In this document: positions 48,709 through 58,342 of the stretch, one piece after another
How positions within the stretch are numbered: position 1 is the stretch's first letter
How the letters are laid out: each line of letters opens with the position of its first letter
Origin: Minisyncoccia bacterium
GTDB taxonomy: Bacteria > Patescibacteriota > Minisyncoccia > Phycocordibacterales > Phycocordibacteraceae
Direction of reading: 5' to 3'
Assembly (NCBI GenBank): GCA_050011835.1
Contig: JBEKII010000002.1
Location: forward strand, 8,086-72,085
Length of the DNA: 64,000 nucleotides
Notes under the pieces: generated by a model
Databases searched by the model: none
What the model was told of the DNA's origin: nothing
What the model saw: only the letters and a program-made list of their open reading frames with translations
Program-made: the position numbers and the translations under genes

Positions 48709-48751
48709 AATTCGGGGTTATTCGCAGTGCGGATAGCCCCGAATTCTTTTT
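48709..48751. terminator. Bidirectional hairpin
   Basis: AATTCGGGGTTATTCGC-AGT-GCGGATAGCCCCGAATT, then CTTTTT. Confidence 0.65.
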
Positions 48752-48756
48752 ATGTG

Positions 48757-50697
48757 CTACATCCCAATCAGCACAGGGATGACCATCGGGGCTTTGTTGG
48801 TGCGGGCGAAGAGGTAGCTGGCCATCACGTCGGCGAGATTATTCTTCACATAATCCAAATCAATCGGATTCATATTGCGCGTGGAATCTTCAACGGTCTT
48901 TTTGATAAGGATGCGCGCTTCGTTCAACAAATTCTGCGATTCGCGCAGGTAAATAAAGCCGCGGCTGATGATGTCAGGCGACTTGCGCAATTTGCCGGTC
49001 TTGAGGGCGACGCTGGCGATGATGACGAACATACCGTCCTTCGCGAGTGACTGTCGATCGCGAATCACCACCTCCTGTATATCGCCGATGTTGAATCCAT
49101 CAACCACCATCGGCGCGGAAGGCACTTTCTGCTTGTGCACTATCATCCGTTCACCGTTTTCAATGTCAATGACCATCCCGTTGTCGGGGACGATGATATT
49201 CTCTTTAGGGAAACCCGATTGCTCAACGGCCTTCGCGTGGCAACGGAGCATCGAATGGTAGCCATACGACGGCATAAAGAATTTCGCGCCGACCTGCTTG
49301 TTGATCCAGACGAGTTCGCCCGTATTGCCGTGGCCGGTGGAGTGAACATCGCTGGAACGGTAATGAATAAGCGTAACATCGTGGCGATACAAATTGTCTT
49401 TTAATTTCTGCACATTGAGTTCGTTGCCGGGAATAACCGAAGATGAGAGCACAATCGTATCGCGCGGAGAAAGCGTGATGTACTTATGTTGTTTCGTTGC
49501 GATGCGCATCAGGGCGGCGAATTCTTCTCCCTGCGCGCCAGTAGAAAGGATGACAATCTTGTCGGGCGGATAATTGCCGATATCTTGCGCAGGGATAATG
49601 GTGCTCTTGTCTATTTTGAGCAAGCCGGTTTTCTCGGCTATTTCAATGTTTGTTTTTATAGACCGACCTTCAGTAACGACTTTTTTATTCAATTTTTCTG
49701 CTATTTCAATAATGCGGACCATGCGCTCAAATTGGGAAGCAAAGGTGCCGATAATGAGGCGGCCGGAGACCGTCTTCATAATATCCTCCAGCGTTTGAAT
49801 GACGCGTTTTTCGGGGATGGAAAAGCCGTCCTTTTCCGCGTTTGTTGAGTCAGCGATGAAAAAAATGTTTTTGTCCTTGCCGATGGCGCCCCATATTTCC
49901 ATCTCACGGTCGGAGGGGATGCCGTCATTATGTTCAAGCTTCAAATCGCCGGTAATGACGACGTTGCCCTGCGGCGTCTCTATAGAGACGCCCATTGAGT
50001 CGGGGATTGAATGCGTGACCGGGAAAAATTTCACATGCGTTCCTCCGATGAGTATCGACTGGCCGGTCTCAACGATGACCATTTCCGGTTTCGGCACGTC
50101 TGGATATTCCTCTTGGCGCTTCTGAATCATGATGGACGTGAGATTTTGCGTGTAGATGGGCGGCATGCCGAAGCGCGGCAGAGTAAAAGGAATGCCGCCA
50201 ATGTGGTCGAGGTGTCCGTGAGTAATGATGACGCCTTTCACTCGGTTTACGTTCTTCTCAAGATATTTGGTGTTGGGAAGTATGTAATCAACGCCGGGCG
50301 ACACGTCTTCAGAAACGAATTGGAAGCCGGCGTCAAAGACGAGAATATCGCCGGTTGCGCCCACTTCAATTGCGATCATGTTACGACCTACTTCCTCCAC
50401 GCCGCCGAGCGGGATAATGCGCACCGTGGTCGCACCAGCCGGTTCGGGGAAGTAATCGACATTTTTCACTTGTCGAATAGGATTTGCCGATGGACGACGA
50501 AGTATCCGCTGGATGCGACGCGAAGCGCTTCCCGGACGCGGTATTCCCTGCCTGCCGACAGGCAGGCGCGAGCCAAACGGACGAGTTCCGCGTCCGAAGC
50601 GTCTTCTTTGGTGTGCGGGAATCGGCCGCTCTTCACGCAGGGAATTTGATTTTGGACTTGGTGCGGGTGCAGGAGCTGAATTCATAAATAAGTGCAA
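48757..50697 (-). CDS. rnj: Ribonuclease J with Arg-rich N-terminal extension
   Basis: PLGGVEEVGRNM, THGHLDHIG, THSIPD, DSTNAE, VHSTGH and SRGFIYLRE motifs. Confidence 0.95.
   Translation of the reverse strand: MHLFMNSAPAPAPSPKSNSLREERPIPAHQRRRFGRGTRPFGSRLPVGRQGIPRPGSASRRIQRILRRPSANPIRQVKNVDYFPEPAGATTVRIIPLGGVEEVGRNMIAIEVGATGDILVFDAGFQFVSEDVSPGVDYILPNTKYLEKNVNRVKGVIITHGHLDHIGGIPFTLPRFGMPPIYTQNLTSIMIQKRQEEYPDVPKPEMVIVETGQSILIGGTHVKFFPVTHSIPDSMGVSIETPQGNVVITGDLKLEHNDGIPSDREMEIWGAIGKDKNIFFIADSTNAEKDGFSIPEKRVIQTLEDIMKTVSGRLIIGTFASQFERMVRIIEIAEKLNKKVVTEGRSIKTNIEIAEKTGLLKIDKSTIIPAQDIGNYPPDKIVILSTGAQGEEFAALMRIATKQHKYITLSPRDTIVLSSSVIPGNELNVQKLKDNLYRHDVTLIHYRSSDVHSTGHGNTGELVWINKQVGAKFFMPSYGYHSMLRCHAKAVEQSGFPKENIIVPDNGMVIDIENGERMIVHKQKVPSAPMVVDGFNIGDIQEVVIRDRQSLAKDGMFVIIASVALKTGKLRKSPDIISRGFIYLRESQNLLNEARILIKKTVEDSTRNMNPIDLDYVKNNLADVMASYLFARTNKAPMVIPVLIGM
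50547..50566. repeat. Palindromic repeat family A, copy inside rnj
   Basis: CCTGCCTGCCGACAGGCAGG, 19/20. Confidence 0.8.
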
Positions 50698-50701
50698 TTA
50701 A

Positions 50702-52498
50702 TTATTTTCTATTCGCTAAAAATGGCCAGACCGAATCGGTTGAGCGATACCACGATGCGATTGTCGCGAAACGGTCGGCAGGAGTTGTGATTTGAGGAAG
50801 AAGGACTCCCTTGAGGTCCTTGGGTACGGTGTAGATGAAGTCCGGCGCATAGAGAAACGCAGCTGGATAATCCGCGGCAACATCATCTTCAATTTTTTGG
50901 AGATCAGACGCGCGCGTTCCAGGGTCGGCGGAACCGCGCGCATCTTCAAGGAGCGCATCAACGGTCTTGTTCGCATACAACGCGATGTTGAGGCCGGGAT
51001 CGTTGCGTTCCTGCGAATCCCAGAAAGCGTAGAGGTCCTGGTCGCGGCCAATAACTTCGCCATAAAGGAGCGCCTCGTACTTACGCGGACGAATAACATT
51101 TTGTGAAAGGTCGCCCGGCTCGTAGAGTTCAATGCTCACCGGTATGCCGAGTTGTTCCCAATCCGCTTTTACCGCACTCGCAACATTTTTTAATTCCGAC
51201 ACGTTTGATGTGCGTATCGTAATACTGTCAAGCGTCTGTTTCCCGCCTGGAGATGCCCCTCCGGCAGGCGCCTTCCAGACGCGTAGCAATCCATCATAAG
51301 TCCATCCTGCCGACTCAAGCACTTGTGCCGCCGCCGCTATTGGATTTTCCGATTGTGGGATGCGCACCTGCTGCACCGTTCCGCCGGGCGGTACCGGACC
51401 CATAATCGCGGTCGCGTAGCCGCCAAGTACAGTATTAACAATGGCTTGTCGGTTTATCGCAAGTGAGAGCGCCTCGCGCACTTCTGCACGAGCGTAAATT
51501 TGGTTTTCACTGGGGTTCCAGAACACACCGAAGACGCGAGCATAGGGAGCAGTGAGCGCCCCCGTCGTTCCTACGTCATACGCGCTTTCAATAACACCGC
51601 TCGCAAGAGCGCTCGCGAGATCTTCGGTGCGCGAATAGAAAATAAAGCGGATGCCATCAAGATACGGACGGCCAGGTGCGTAATAGGGGTTCTCGACAAG
51701 CGACATGCTCTGTATGAGCCCAGATGTGTCGCGTGAAATACTCGTTATTTTAAACGGGCCGGCGCCTACTGGATTTGTTTCAAGGTTGGAAAAAGGGAAT
51801 TGCTCATCTGATATTTCTTGCCAGAGATGGGCCGGGAGAATGCCCAAGGTCGTGAGACCAAGAAAGGGCGCATATGGCTTTGGGAGTGTGAAGCGTACGG
51901 TATGCGAGTCAATCGCTTCAGCATCGACACCGGACCACGCCGCATACTCAGGACTCTTAAGGGCAGAATCCTGTGCCTTTTCTATTGTAAAAACGACGTC
52001 ATCTGCGGTCACGTTGGTACCGTCTGAAAATCTTGCGTTCGGGCGTATGATAAAAGTATATGTTTTGCCGTCAGTAGACACGGTATAACTTTCTGCGAGC
52101 ACTGGTACGAGCGTACCGGAGCCCGAAAGACCCATGAGTCCGGCGTACGTAAGCGCCGAAATGTCGCGGTCGGCGTCACTTATCGTTAAAAGCGGATTTA
52201 TGAATTCGGGACTTCCCACTTCTCCCTCGGTGAGAATGCCTCCGTATGCCGGCACGCGCTCAAGAAGCGACTGTTCAAGCGCGTAGAGACTTGCCAGAGA
52301 AGCGATACTGACTAGAATCGCGCATGCATAAAACAGAATCCGATCTCCCGGCGAGAAGGCACGAATGCGCCCATTCAGTCGGTCAAGTATAGAAATATTA
52401 CACGAGCGCACGAAATGTTTTTGCCACCATTGGCTTAGCTGTTCGCGCCTGTCGGAGACAGGTTCTCCCCCGGAGGAAGGCCACTGTTCATTGGTCAT
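50702..52498 (-). CDS. ABC transporter substrate-binding protein, family 5
   Basis: LAESY...TYTF..R.NARFSDG..VTADDVVFT, PVGAGPF and VREALSLAINR motifs. Confidence 0.9.
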   Translation of the reverse strand: MTNEQWPSSGGEPVSDRREQLSQWWQKHFVRSCNISILDRLNGRIRAFSPGDRILFYACAILVSIASLASLYALEQSLLERVPAYGGILTEGEVGSPEFINPLLTISDADRDISALTYAGLMGLSGSGTLVPVLAESYTVSTDGKTYTFIIRPNARFSDGTNVTADDVVFTIEKAQDSALKSPEYAAWSGVDAEAIDSHTVRFTLPKPYAPFLGLTTLGILPAHLWQEISDEQFPFSNLETNPVGAGPFKITSISRDTSGLIQSMSLVENPYYAPGRPYLDGIRFIFYSRTEDLASALASGVIESAYDVGTTGALTAPYARVFGVFWNPSENQIYARAEVREALSLAINRQAIVNTVLGGYATAIMGPVPPGGTVQQVRIPQSENPIAAAAQVLESAGWTYDGLLRVWKAPAGGASPGGKQTLDSITIRTSNVSELKNVASAVKADWEQLGIPVSIELYEPGDLSQNVIRPRKYEALLYGEVIGRDQDLYAFWDSQERNDPGLNIALYANKTVDALLEDARGSADPGTRASDLQKIEDDVAADYPAAFLYAPDFIYTVPKDLKGVLLPQITTPADRFATIASWYRSTDSVWPFLANRK

Positions 52499-52734
52499 GA
52501 CCCCGCCAGAAGAAAGTTCGTTATTGCCGCGAGTACGAGTAGTACTGCGATAACAATTGTCGCATTGAATAGAAATTTTTCGGCGCCTCTGCGCTTATAA
52601 AACGTCGACGCGAAATTATCGCCTCCGAAAGCTCCGCCCAAGGTCGCGCCGCGCTGCTGGAGCACGATGCCGACAATGAGGAGGATTGAGAGGATGATTT
52701 CCACGTACGGCAATGCCGATACGAATGCCTCCAT
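52495..52734 (-). CDS. secG: Preprotein translocase subunit SecG
   Basis: LQQRGATLGGAFGG...RRGAEKFLFNAT; two TM segments. Confidence 0.92.
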   Translation of the reverse strand: MEAFVSALPYVEIILSILLIVGIVLQQRGATLGGAFGGDNFASTFYKRRGAEKFLFNATIVIAVLLVLAAITNFLLAGS

Positions 52735-53291
52735 CTGTAGGTCCATCTTATCACGAAGTGTGTGAGTGGCGCAAGCAAGCGAGCAGGATAGCCGTATTGT
52801 GAGGTGGATAAAGGTGTTTCAGGAAAAACGAAAGAAAATCAGAATCATCAATCGTATTCACGAAGTATCAGTTTTATTCAACTTTTATCACTTTTTGGGC
52901 AACCCGTGGGCAATCGATTTTCATCGATTCTCTCGGCTTTATCAGAAAGAACAGTACAGGAAAAAAGCGATAAAGATCTCAAACACCACTGGATGGTGGC
53001 TTTTGAGTATAGAAAGTGATTCATGTTTTCAGGTCCTATACTAAATGTCCATCTTGAGCCGATTTAGTACCGTTTCGAATATGCTAAAGTTTGTGAGTGT
53101 GAGCGGCCTAAACCGCATGACTTTCGAGTCGTGAGGCATGGTCAAAAACCAGTCAAGAGCAAAGACCCCACCATAGGGATTGCCTTGACTGGTCCTGCAG
53201 GGAAACTTGCAGTGGATGGCCCTAAAAAGCTGTCACCCTGTGGTGGGATCTTTGCTATCCACCCGGGATTACCAGCAATCAATCCCGCCTT

Positions 53292-53522
53292 ATGATGCAA
53301 ATAGTAGTTTGGATTCTAGGTGCCATCGCCGCGTATCGTTTGTGGGATCACTATATGTGGCTGTCCATTATTGTGATTCTTGCAGCACTTAGTTTTGAGC
53401 TTGGTCCAGCCGAGAAACGCGAACAATCCGCGACTGGATTGAATCCTGACGCCGCGGCGCATCGTTTCTTTTGGTCCACTTTGATTGTGATAGGCATTTT
53501 CATATATTCCTTGTTCGTTTGA
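53292..53522 (+). CDS. Small membrane protein
   Basis: 76 aa with three hydrophobic segments. Confidence 0.6.
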   Translation: MMQIVVWILGAIAAYRLWDHYMWLSIIVILAALSFELGPAEKREQSATGLNPDAAAHRFFWSTLIVIGIFIYSLFV

Positions 53523-53529
53523 TGATTCC

Positions 53530-53901
53530 ATGATTCGTAAAACTAAAATCATTATGCTGTGGTCTGTTATCGGACTAGCAATAATCGCGACTGTAGCGTA
53601 TGGAGCAATAAAGCTGTACACGCCAACTCCGCGGATATCTGCAACAAGCGATCAACAGGAAATTTTAGTTGCTCAAAAAGTTTGTGAACGAGTAAACAAG
53701 CTCACAAAAGGACTGTCCGTTGAAGGATCTCCCGTGAATTTAGCGGAATGCATCAAGATGGATAAGAGTTGTGAGCAAAAATGGGGACTGCATTCAGTGT
53801 GGTCAGGAACGAGCGATGCAAAAGATGTTCCTGTTTGCTTTTGCGATGATGGGTATCAGTGGGCTAGCGATGGATCGGGGAAATGTGTAGCAAAGATCTA
53901 A
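53530..53901 (+). CDS. Membrane-anchored Cys-rich protein
   Basis: N-terminal TM segment, six Cys and an EGF-like CFCDDGYQW...C end. Confidence 0.7.
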   Translation: MIRKTKIIMLWSVIGLAIIATVAYGAIKLYTPTPRISATSDQQEILVAQKVCERVNKLTKGLSVEGSPVNLAECIKMDKSCEQKWGLHSVWSGTSDAKDVPVCFCDDGYQWASDGSGKCVAKI

Positions 53902-53982
53902 TGAAATTTGGATACACCACCAAATAACATATGAGACAGGACCCTTTGAAAATAGGACGAAATAATGCGACCATATAGGTAT

Positions 53983-55746
53983 ATGGGAGAATTTGAAAGC
54001 AAACTGAATGCCCTCATAAAGACCGACGCTCGGTTCCTAGACCAAGATGGAGAAGTTCTGAGAGCTAGTGTGGTAGATGCTGCATACAAGGGCGACTCAG
54101 CTCTCGTGGAGCTTCTTCTTGGATTTGACGAAGCAAAGATAAAATTCTTTTCTGATGTAAAAGGTGTACTCGCGTTTAAAACAGCCGATTTCGTTGCATA
54201 CATAGAAGACAAGAACTTTCTAAACGATTCATATACACGGTTCAAAAATAAAATCGGTCTTACGATAGATGGCAAATTTTTCGGCGAGCGGGGCGAGGTC
54301 GCTCTCACATGGCCATTCAAGGATTGCGTGCTTGAAGGTGGTATGACCAAAGAAGATCAGAAGCGTAAGGAGATTTTCTTCAATGAAATTCTCGCGCAGG
54401 ATGAAATAGATAAACTCTTCACGCCAAAGGTGCTAACTAATTGGAAGCGTTACACCGCAAAAGGTGAAGAAAAGATCAACAAACTCAAACGCGATGAGAG
54501 TGGTCTTATTAAAGAGAACTTAGTCATCAAAGGCAACAACCTTCTAGCTCTTCATACACTCAAACAACAATTCGCTGAGAAAGTGAAGTTGATTTATATA
54601 GACCCACCCTTCAATACCGGAACAGATTCTTTCTTATATAACGATGGATTTTCTCACTCGACCTGGCTTACTTTTATGAAGAATCGGCTAGAGATAGCGA
54701 AGCAACTTTTGACCAGAGATGGGAATGTTTTCATTCATATAGATGTAAACGAGTCACATTACTTGAAGATTCTTTGTGATGAAGTGTTTGGACGCGAGAA
54801 CTTCGTAGAAGAAATTACATGGGCCTATGGTTCCGCATCGGGTGGCCGTGCAGCAGGCGCAAAGCCCGTTAACATTCACGATTATATTCTGCACTATGCG
54901 CGCGAATACAGTTCCCGCAAGCAAAATAAAATCCATACGCCTTACACAGATAAGTATGTTGAGGATTGGTTCAAATATACTGACAAAGATGGACGACGAT
55001 ACCGCAGACGAATGCGCGAACGGAATGAAAAAGGAGAAGTAGTTTGGGAAAAACAATATCTAGACGAGAGCAAGGGCGTACCCCTCACAACAGTTTGGAC
55101 TGACATTCGGCAAGTCTATGCGGACCCGCGAGCATACAAAGAGAACCAGCGTGAACACACCGAGCTTATGGATGGTTTTTCAACACAGAAGCCTGAACGG
55201 CTCATGCAACGCATTCTTGAGATGGCCACTGACCCAGGCGATATAGTGCTGGATTATCATTTGGGGAGTGGGACTACTGCTGCCGTTGCACATAAAATGG
55301 GCCGTCAGTATATCGGAACAGAACAATTGCATTACGAACACAACGGTTCTGTGCCACGTTTACAGAAGGTGATCAAGGGCGATACAGCAGGCATCTCAAA
55401 AGAAGTTGGCTGGAAAGGTGGCGGCGATTTCGTCTACGCGGAACTTATGCGATATAACGAATTGTTCATAGGAGATATAGAGACCGCGAAAGACACAAAT
55501 GCTCTTCTTAAGATTTGGCAGCGCATGAAAGAAGAAGCATTCTTTAAGTTCAGTGTGGAGATGCAAGCGTTTGAGAATAGCATTGATACCTTTAAGACTT
55601 TGCCACTCGATAAGCAAAAGAAGATACTTTGCGGCGTTCTCGACAAGAATCAACTCTATGTGAACCTGTCCGAGATAGACGATGCAGAATTTAAAATCGC
55701 CAAGGCCGATCAACAGGCGACCAAAGAATTTTACGATGGTCGATAA
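53983..55746 (+). CDS. Type III R-M methyltransferase (Mod)
   Basis: IKGNNL, YIDPPFNTG, TQKPERL and DYHLGSGTT motifs in beta-class order; adjacent Res. Confidence 0.92.
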   Translation: MGEFESKLNALIKTDARFLDQDGEVLRASVVDAAYKGDSALVELLLGFDEAKIKFFSDVKGVLAFKTADFVAYIEDKNFLNDSYTRFKNKIGLTIDGKFFGERGEVALTWPFKDCVLEGGMTKEDQKRKEIFFNEILAQDEIDKLFTPKVLTNWKRYTAKGEEKINKLKRDESGLIKENLVIKGNNLLALHTLKQQFAEKVKLIYIDPPFNTGTDSFLYNDGFSHSTWLTFMKNRLEIAKQLLTRDGNVFIHIDVNESHYLKILCDEVFGRENFVEEITWAYGSASGGRAAGAKPVNIHDYILHYAREYSSRKQNKIHTPYTDKYVEDWFKYTDKDGRRYRRRMRERNEKGEVVWEKQYLDESKGVPLTTVWTDIRQVYADPRAYKENQREHTELMDGFSTQKPERLMQRILEMATDPGDIVLDYHLGSGTTAAVAHKMGRQYIGTEQLHYEHNGSVPRLQKVIKGDTAGISKEVGWKGGGDFVYAELMRYNELFIGDIETAKDTNALLKIWQRMKEEAFFKFSVEMQAFENSIDTFKTLPLDKQKKILCGVLDKNQLYVNLSEIDDAEFKIAKADQQATKEFYDGR

Positions 55747-55754
55747 TTGCAAAG

Positions 55755-58337
55755 ATGCCACAACAATTTCTCCACGACGAATACGACGTACTCTCTCGAC
55801 AAAATCGAATAGATCGAACGATACCTGATTACCTCGTCTCGAACCTTAATCCCGAGTTTGTTCTACGCCCATATCAAGTCGAAGCATTCGCGCGATTCTT
55901 CGACTATCTCAAAAATTACGAAGGCAAGGAGTATCCGATACACCTACTCTTCAATATGGCCACCGGCTCAGGAAAGACCAACATCATGGCTGGGTTGATG
56001 CTATACCTCTACAAACAGGGGTATCGCAACTTTCTTTTTTTCGTCAACTCAAACACGATCATCAGCAAAACGAAGAATAGTTTTCTCAATGAATCGTCTC
56101 GTAAATACATCTTCAATCCCGCAGGAATCACAATAGATGGTAAACACATTGTTATAAGGCCGGTTTCCAACTTTGAAGATTCAAATGATCACGATATCAA
56201 CATCTGTTTTACCACATTGCAGAAACTACACGGAGATCTCACTATTGAGAAGGAAGGAATGCTTACCTATGAAGACTTCAAAAACAAAAAGGTAGTACTT
56301 CTTTCTGACGAAGCACACCACACACAAAAGCAAACAAAACAAAAGAGTCTCGGAGTTTCTTTAGAAGAGGCGAGTTGGGAGAATACCGTCGAAAAGGTAT
56401 TTCAGCAGAATGTCCACAACTTGCTGCTTGAGTTCACTGCAACGATGGATTTCGCCCATGGAGCTATCGTATCCAAATATCGTAATAAGATTCTCTACCG
56501 TTACGATCTGAAACAGTTCCGCAACGACGGGTATTCAAAGGATCCACAAATTTTATCGAGTGATACTGACAAAAACGGCCGTATGCTTCAGGCAATTATT
56601 GTTAGTCAATACAGACAAGAGGTAGCGACCGCAAATGGTATCTACCTAAAACCAGTAGTACTCTTTAAAGCGCAAAAAACCATTACGCAATCCGAAGAGA
56701 ATAAAGTACTTTTCCATAAATTAATTGGAGATCTTTCAGCCGCAGACATTAAAGAGGCACGGAGATGGAAGAATGAGGTGCTCGAGCGAGCATTTGTCTT
56801 TTTCAAGGAGCAAGGCATCACAGATTCTGTGTTAACGCGTAAACTTAAAGATGGATTTGCCGAGAGCAAATGTCTGAGTGTGAATGATGAGACACAAAAA
56901 GAACAGAACCAAATTCTTCTAAATTCGTTAGAGGATAAAGACAATCAAATACGGGCCATATTTGCCGTACAGAAGCTCAATGAAGGATGGGATGTACTCA
57001 ATCTCTTTGATATCGTCCGTTTATACGAAACACGTGACTCAAGAAACAACAAGCCCGGACCGACAACAATTGCCGAAGCGCAACTCATTGGTCGTGGTGC
57101 TCGTTATTACCCATTTGCTCTATCAAGCGAACAAGATCGCTACACACGCAAATACGACTCAAGTCTGAATAGCGAGTTGCGTATTCTCGAGGAACTTCAT
57201 TACCACTGTCATCCAGGCGATAAATCCCGTTATATAGTCGATATAACAAACGCTCTTATACAAACAGGGCTCCTAGACGAACAGGAGACAGTTCGTGAAT
57301 TACGACTTAAAGAAAGCTTCAGGGAAACTAAGTTCTATAAAAGTGGCGTGGTGTTTGCCAATGAACGCAAAAAGCGTTGTTACAATCATGTCCGATCTTT
57401 CGATCAGCTTGGCGTGAAGCGTAAGAATATTAGTTACACTGTGTTTTCTGGAATGGGAGCAGAAGAAGGAGTCTTTGCCGATAGGAAGACGCCCAAAGCG
57501 ACAGTTGCCATAAGTACAAAAGATGTAAAAGTCGCGGATATTGAACCGCATGTTGTTCGCGCAGCTCTTTCATATAACGACTTTTTTTCCTTTTCCAACT
57601 TTAAACAATACATACCCGGCATTTCCTCGCTGGCAACTTTCGCTACAGATCCCAATTATATTGCCGGCCTTAGTATTACATTTCGAGGTTCTGAACACGA
57701 TCTCGAATTTTTAGACAACAGAACAAAATTTGCGGCTCTAATGGTTCTCCTTGCAGACATAGAAGCACAAATGAAGGAAGCGTTAACAGAATATGAGGGC
57801 ACCGAAAGCTTCTTGCCACAGGCTGTCCGCCTTGTCTTTACTGACAAGAAAGTAAAAGTACGTATACCAAAAGAAACGATTTACGATGAGGGTCGTCGTG
57901 TATTTCTCGAGGACAAACCTTGGTATGTGTTCGAAACACAATACGGAACGAGCGAAGAAGATTCTCTCGTTGATCTCATCGGCCGATATGTAAGTGACTT
58001 TAAGAAAGAATTCCGTGAGGTCTATTTAGTACGCAATGAACGACAGCTGAAAATCTATAACTTTTCTGATGGTCGTGGTTTCGAGCCGGATTATCTCCTC
58101 TTTCTAATCGGTAAAAAAGGGCAAAACTACACTTACCAACTCTTTATTGAGCCAAAAGGCCAACACCTGCGAGAATATGATTTATGGAAGGATCAATTTC
58201 TTGAGGAGATACGAACTCGCTTTAAGGATAAAATCTTCACAGCTGAATCGAAGACCGGATATCGAGTTATAGGAGTACCGTTCTATAACAGCGAAAATGA
58301 AAATGAATTTGTCGAGAAAATGCTCAGTGTTTTGTAG
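55755..58337 (+). CDS. Type III R-M restriction subunit (Res)
   Basis: LRPYQ, MATGSGKT, DEAHH, TAT, EGWD, QLIGRGAR and C-terminal PD...EPK nuclease motif. Confidence 0.92.
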   Translation: MPQQFLHDEYDVLSRQNRIDRTIPDYLVSNLNPEFVLRPYQVEAFARFFDYLKNYEGKEYPIHLLFNMATGSGKTNIMAGLMLYLYKQGYRNFLFFVNSNTIISKTKNSFLNESSRKYIFNPAGITIDGKHIVIRPVSNFEDSNDHDINICFTTLQKLHGDLTIEKEGMLTYEDFKNKKVVLLSDEAHHTQKQTKQKSLGVSLEEASWENTVEKVFQQNVHNLLLEFTATMDFAHGAIVSKYRNKILYRYDLKQFRNDGYSKDPQILSSDTDKNGRMLQAIIVSQYRQEVATANGIYLKPVVLFKAQKTITQSEENKVLFHKLIGDLSAADIKEARRWKNEVLERAFVFFKEQGITDSVLTRKLKDGFAESKCLSVNDETQKEQNQILLNSLEDKDNQIRAIFAVQKLNEGWDVLNLFDIVRLYETRDSRNNKPGPTTIAEAQLIGRGARYYPFALSSEQDRYTRKYDSSLNSELRILEELHYHCHPGDKSRYIVDITNALIQTGLLDEQETVRELRLKESFRETKFYKSGVVFANERKKRCYNHVRSFDQLGVKRKNISYTVFSGMGAEEGVFADRKTPKATVAISTKDVKVADIEPHVVRAALSYNDFFSFSNFKQYIPGISSLATFATDPNYIAGLSITFRGSEHDLEFLDNRTKFAALMVLLADIEAQMKEALTEYEGTESFLPQAVRLVFTDKKVKVRIPKETIYDEGRRVFLEDKPWYVFETQYGTSEEDSLVDLIGRYVSDFKKEFREVYLVRNERQLKIYNFSDGRGFEPDYLLFLIGKKGQNYTYQLFIEPKGQHLREYDLWKDQFLEEIRTRFKDKIFTAESKTGYRVIGVPFYNSENENEFVEKMLSVL

Positions 58338-58342
58338 ACTTT

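Noticed and set aside
24305-48751. Cassette hairpins as integron attC sites
   Set aside because: No consistent RYYYAAC...GTTRRRY ends, not arrayed, and no IntI in the window.
52766-53044. Two overlapping ORFs at the element junction
   Set aside because: No motifs or start signals; the region looks like non-coding junction DNA.
53104-53114. CGGCCTAAACC as part of a c-di-GMP-I riboswitch
   Set aside because: The upstream GGCAAACC...GAAA...GACGCAAA P2 elements are absent.
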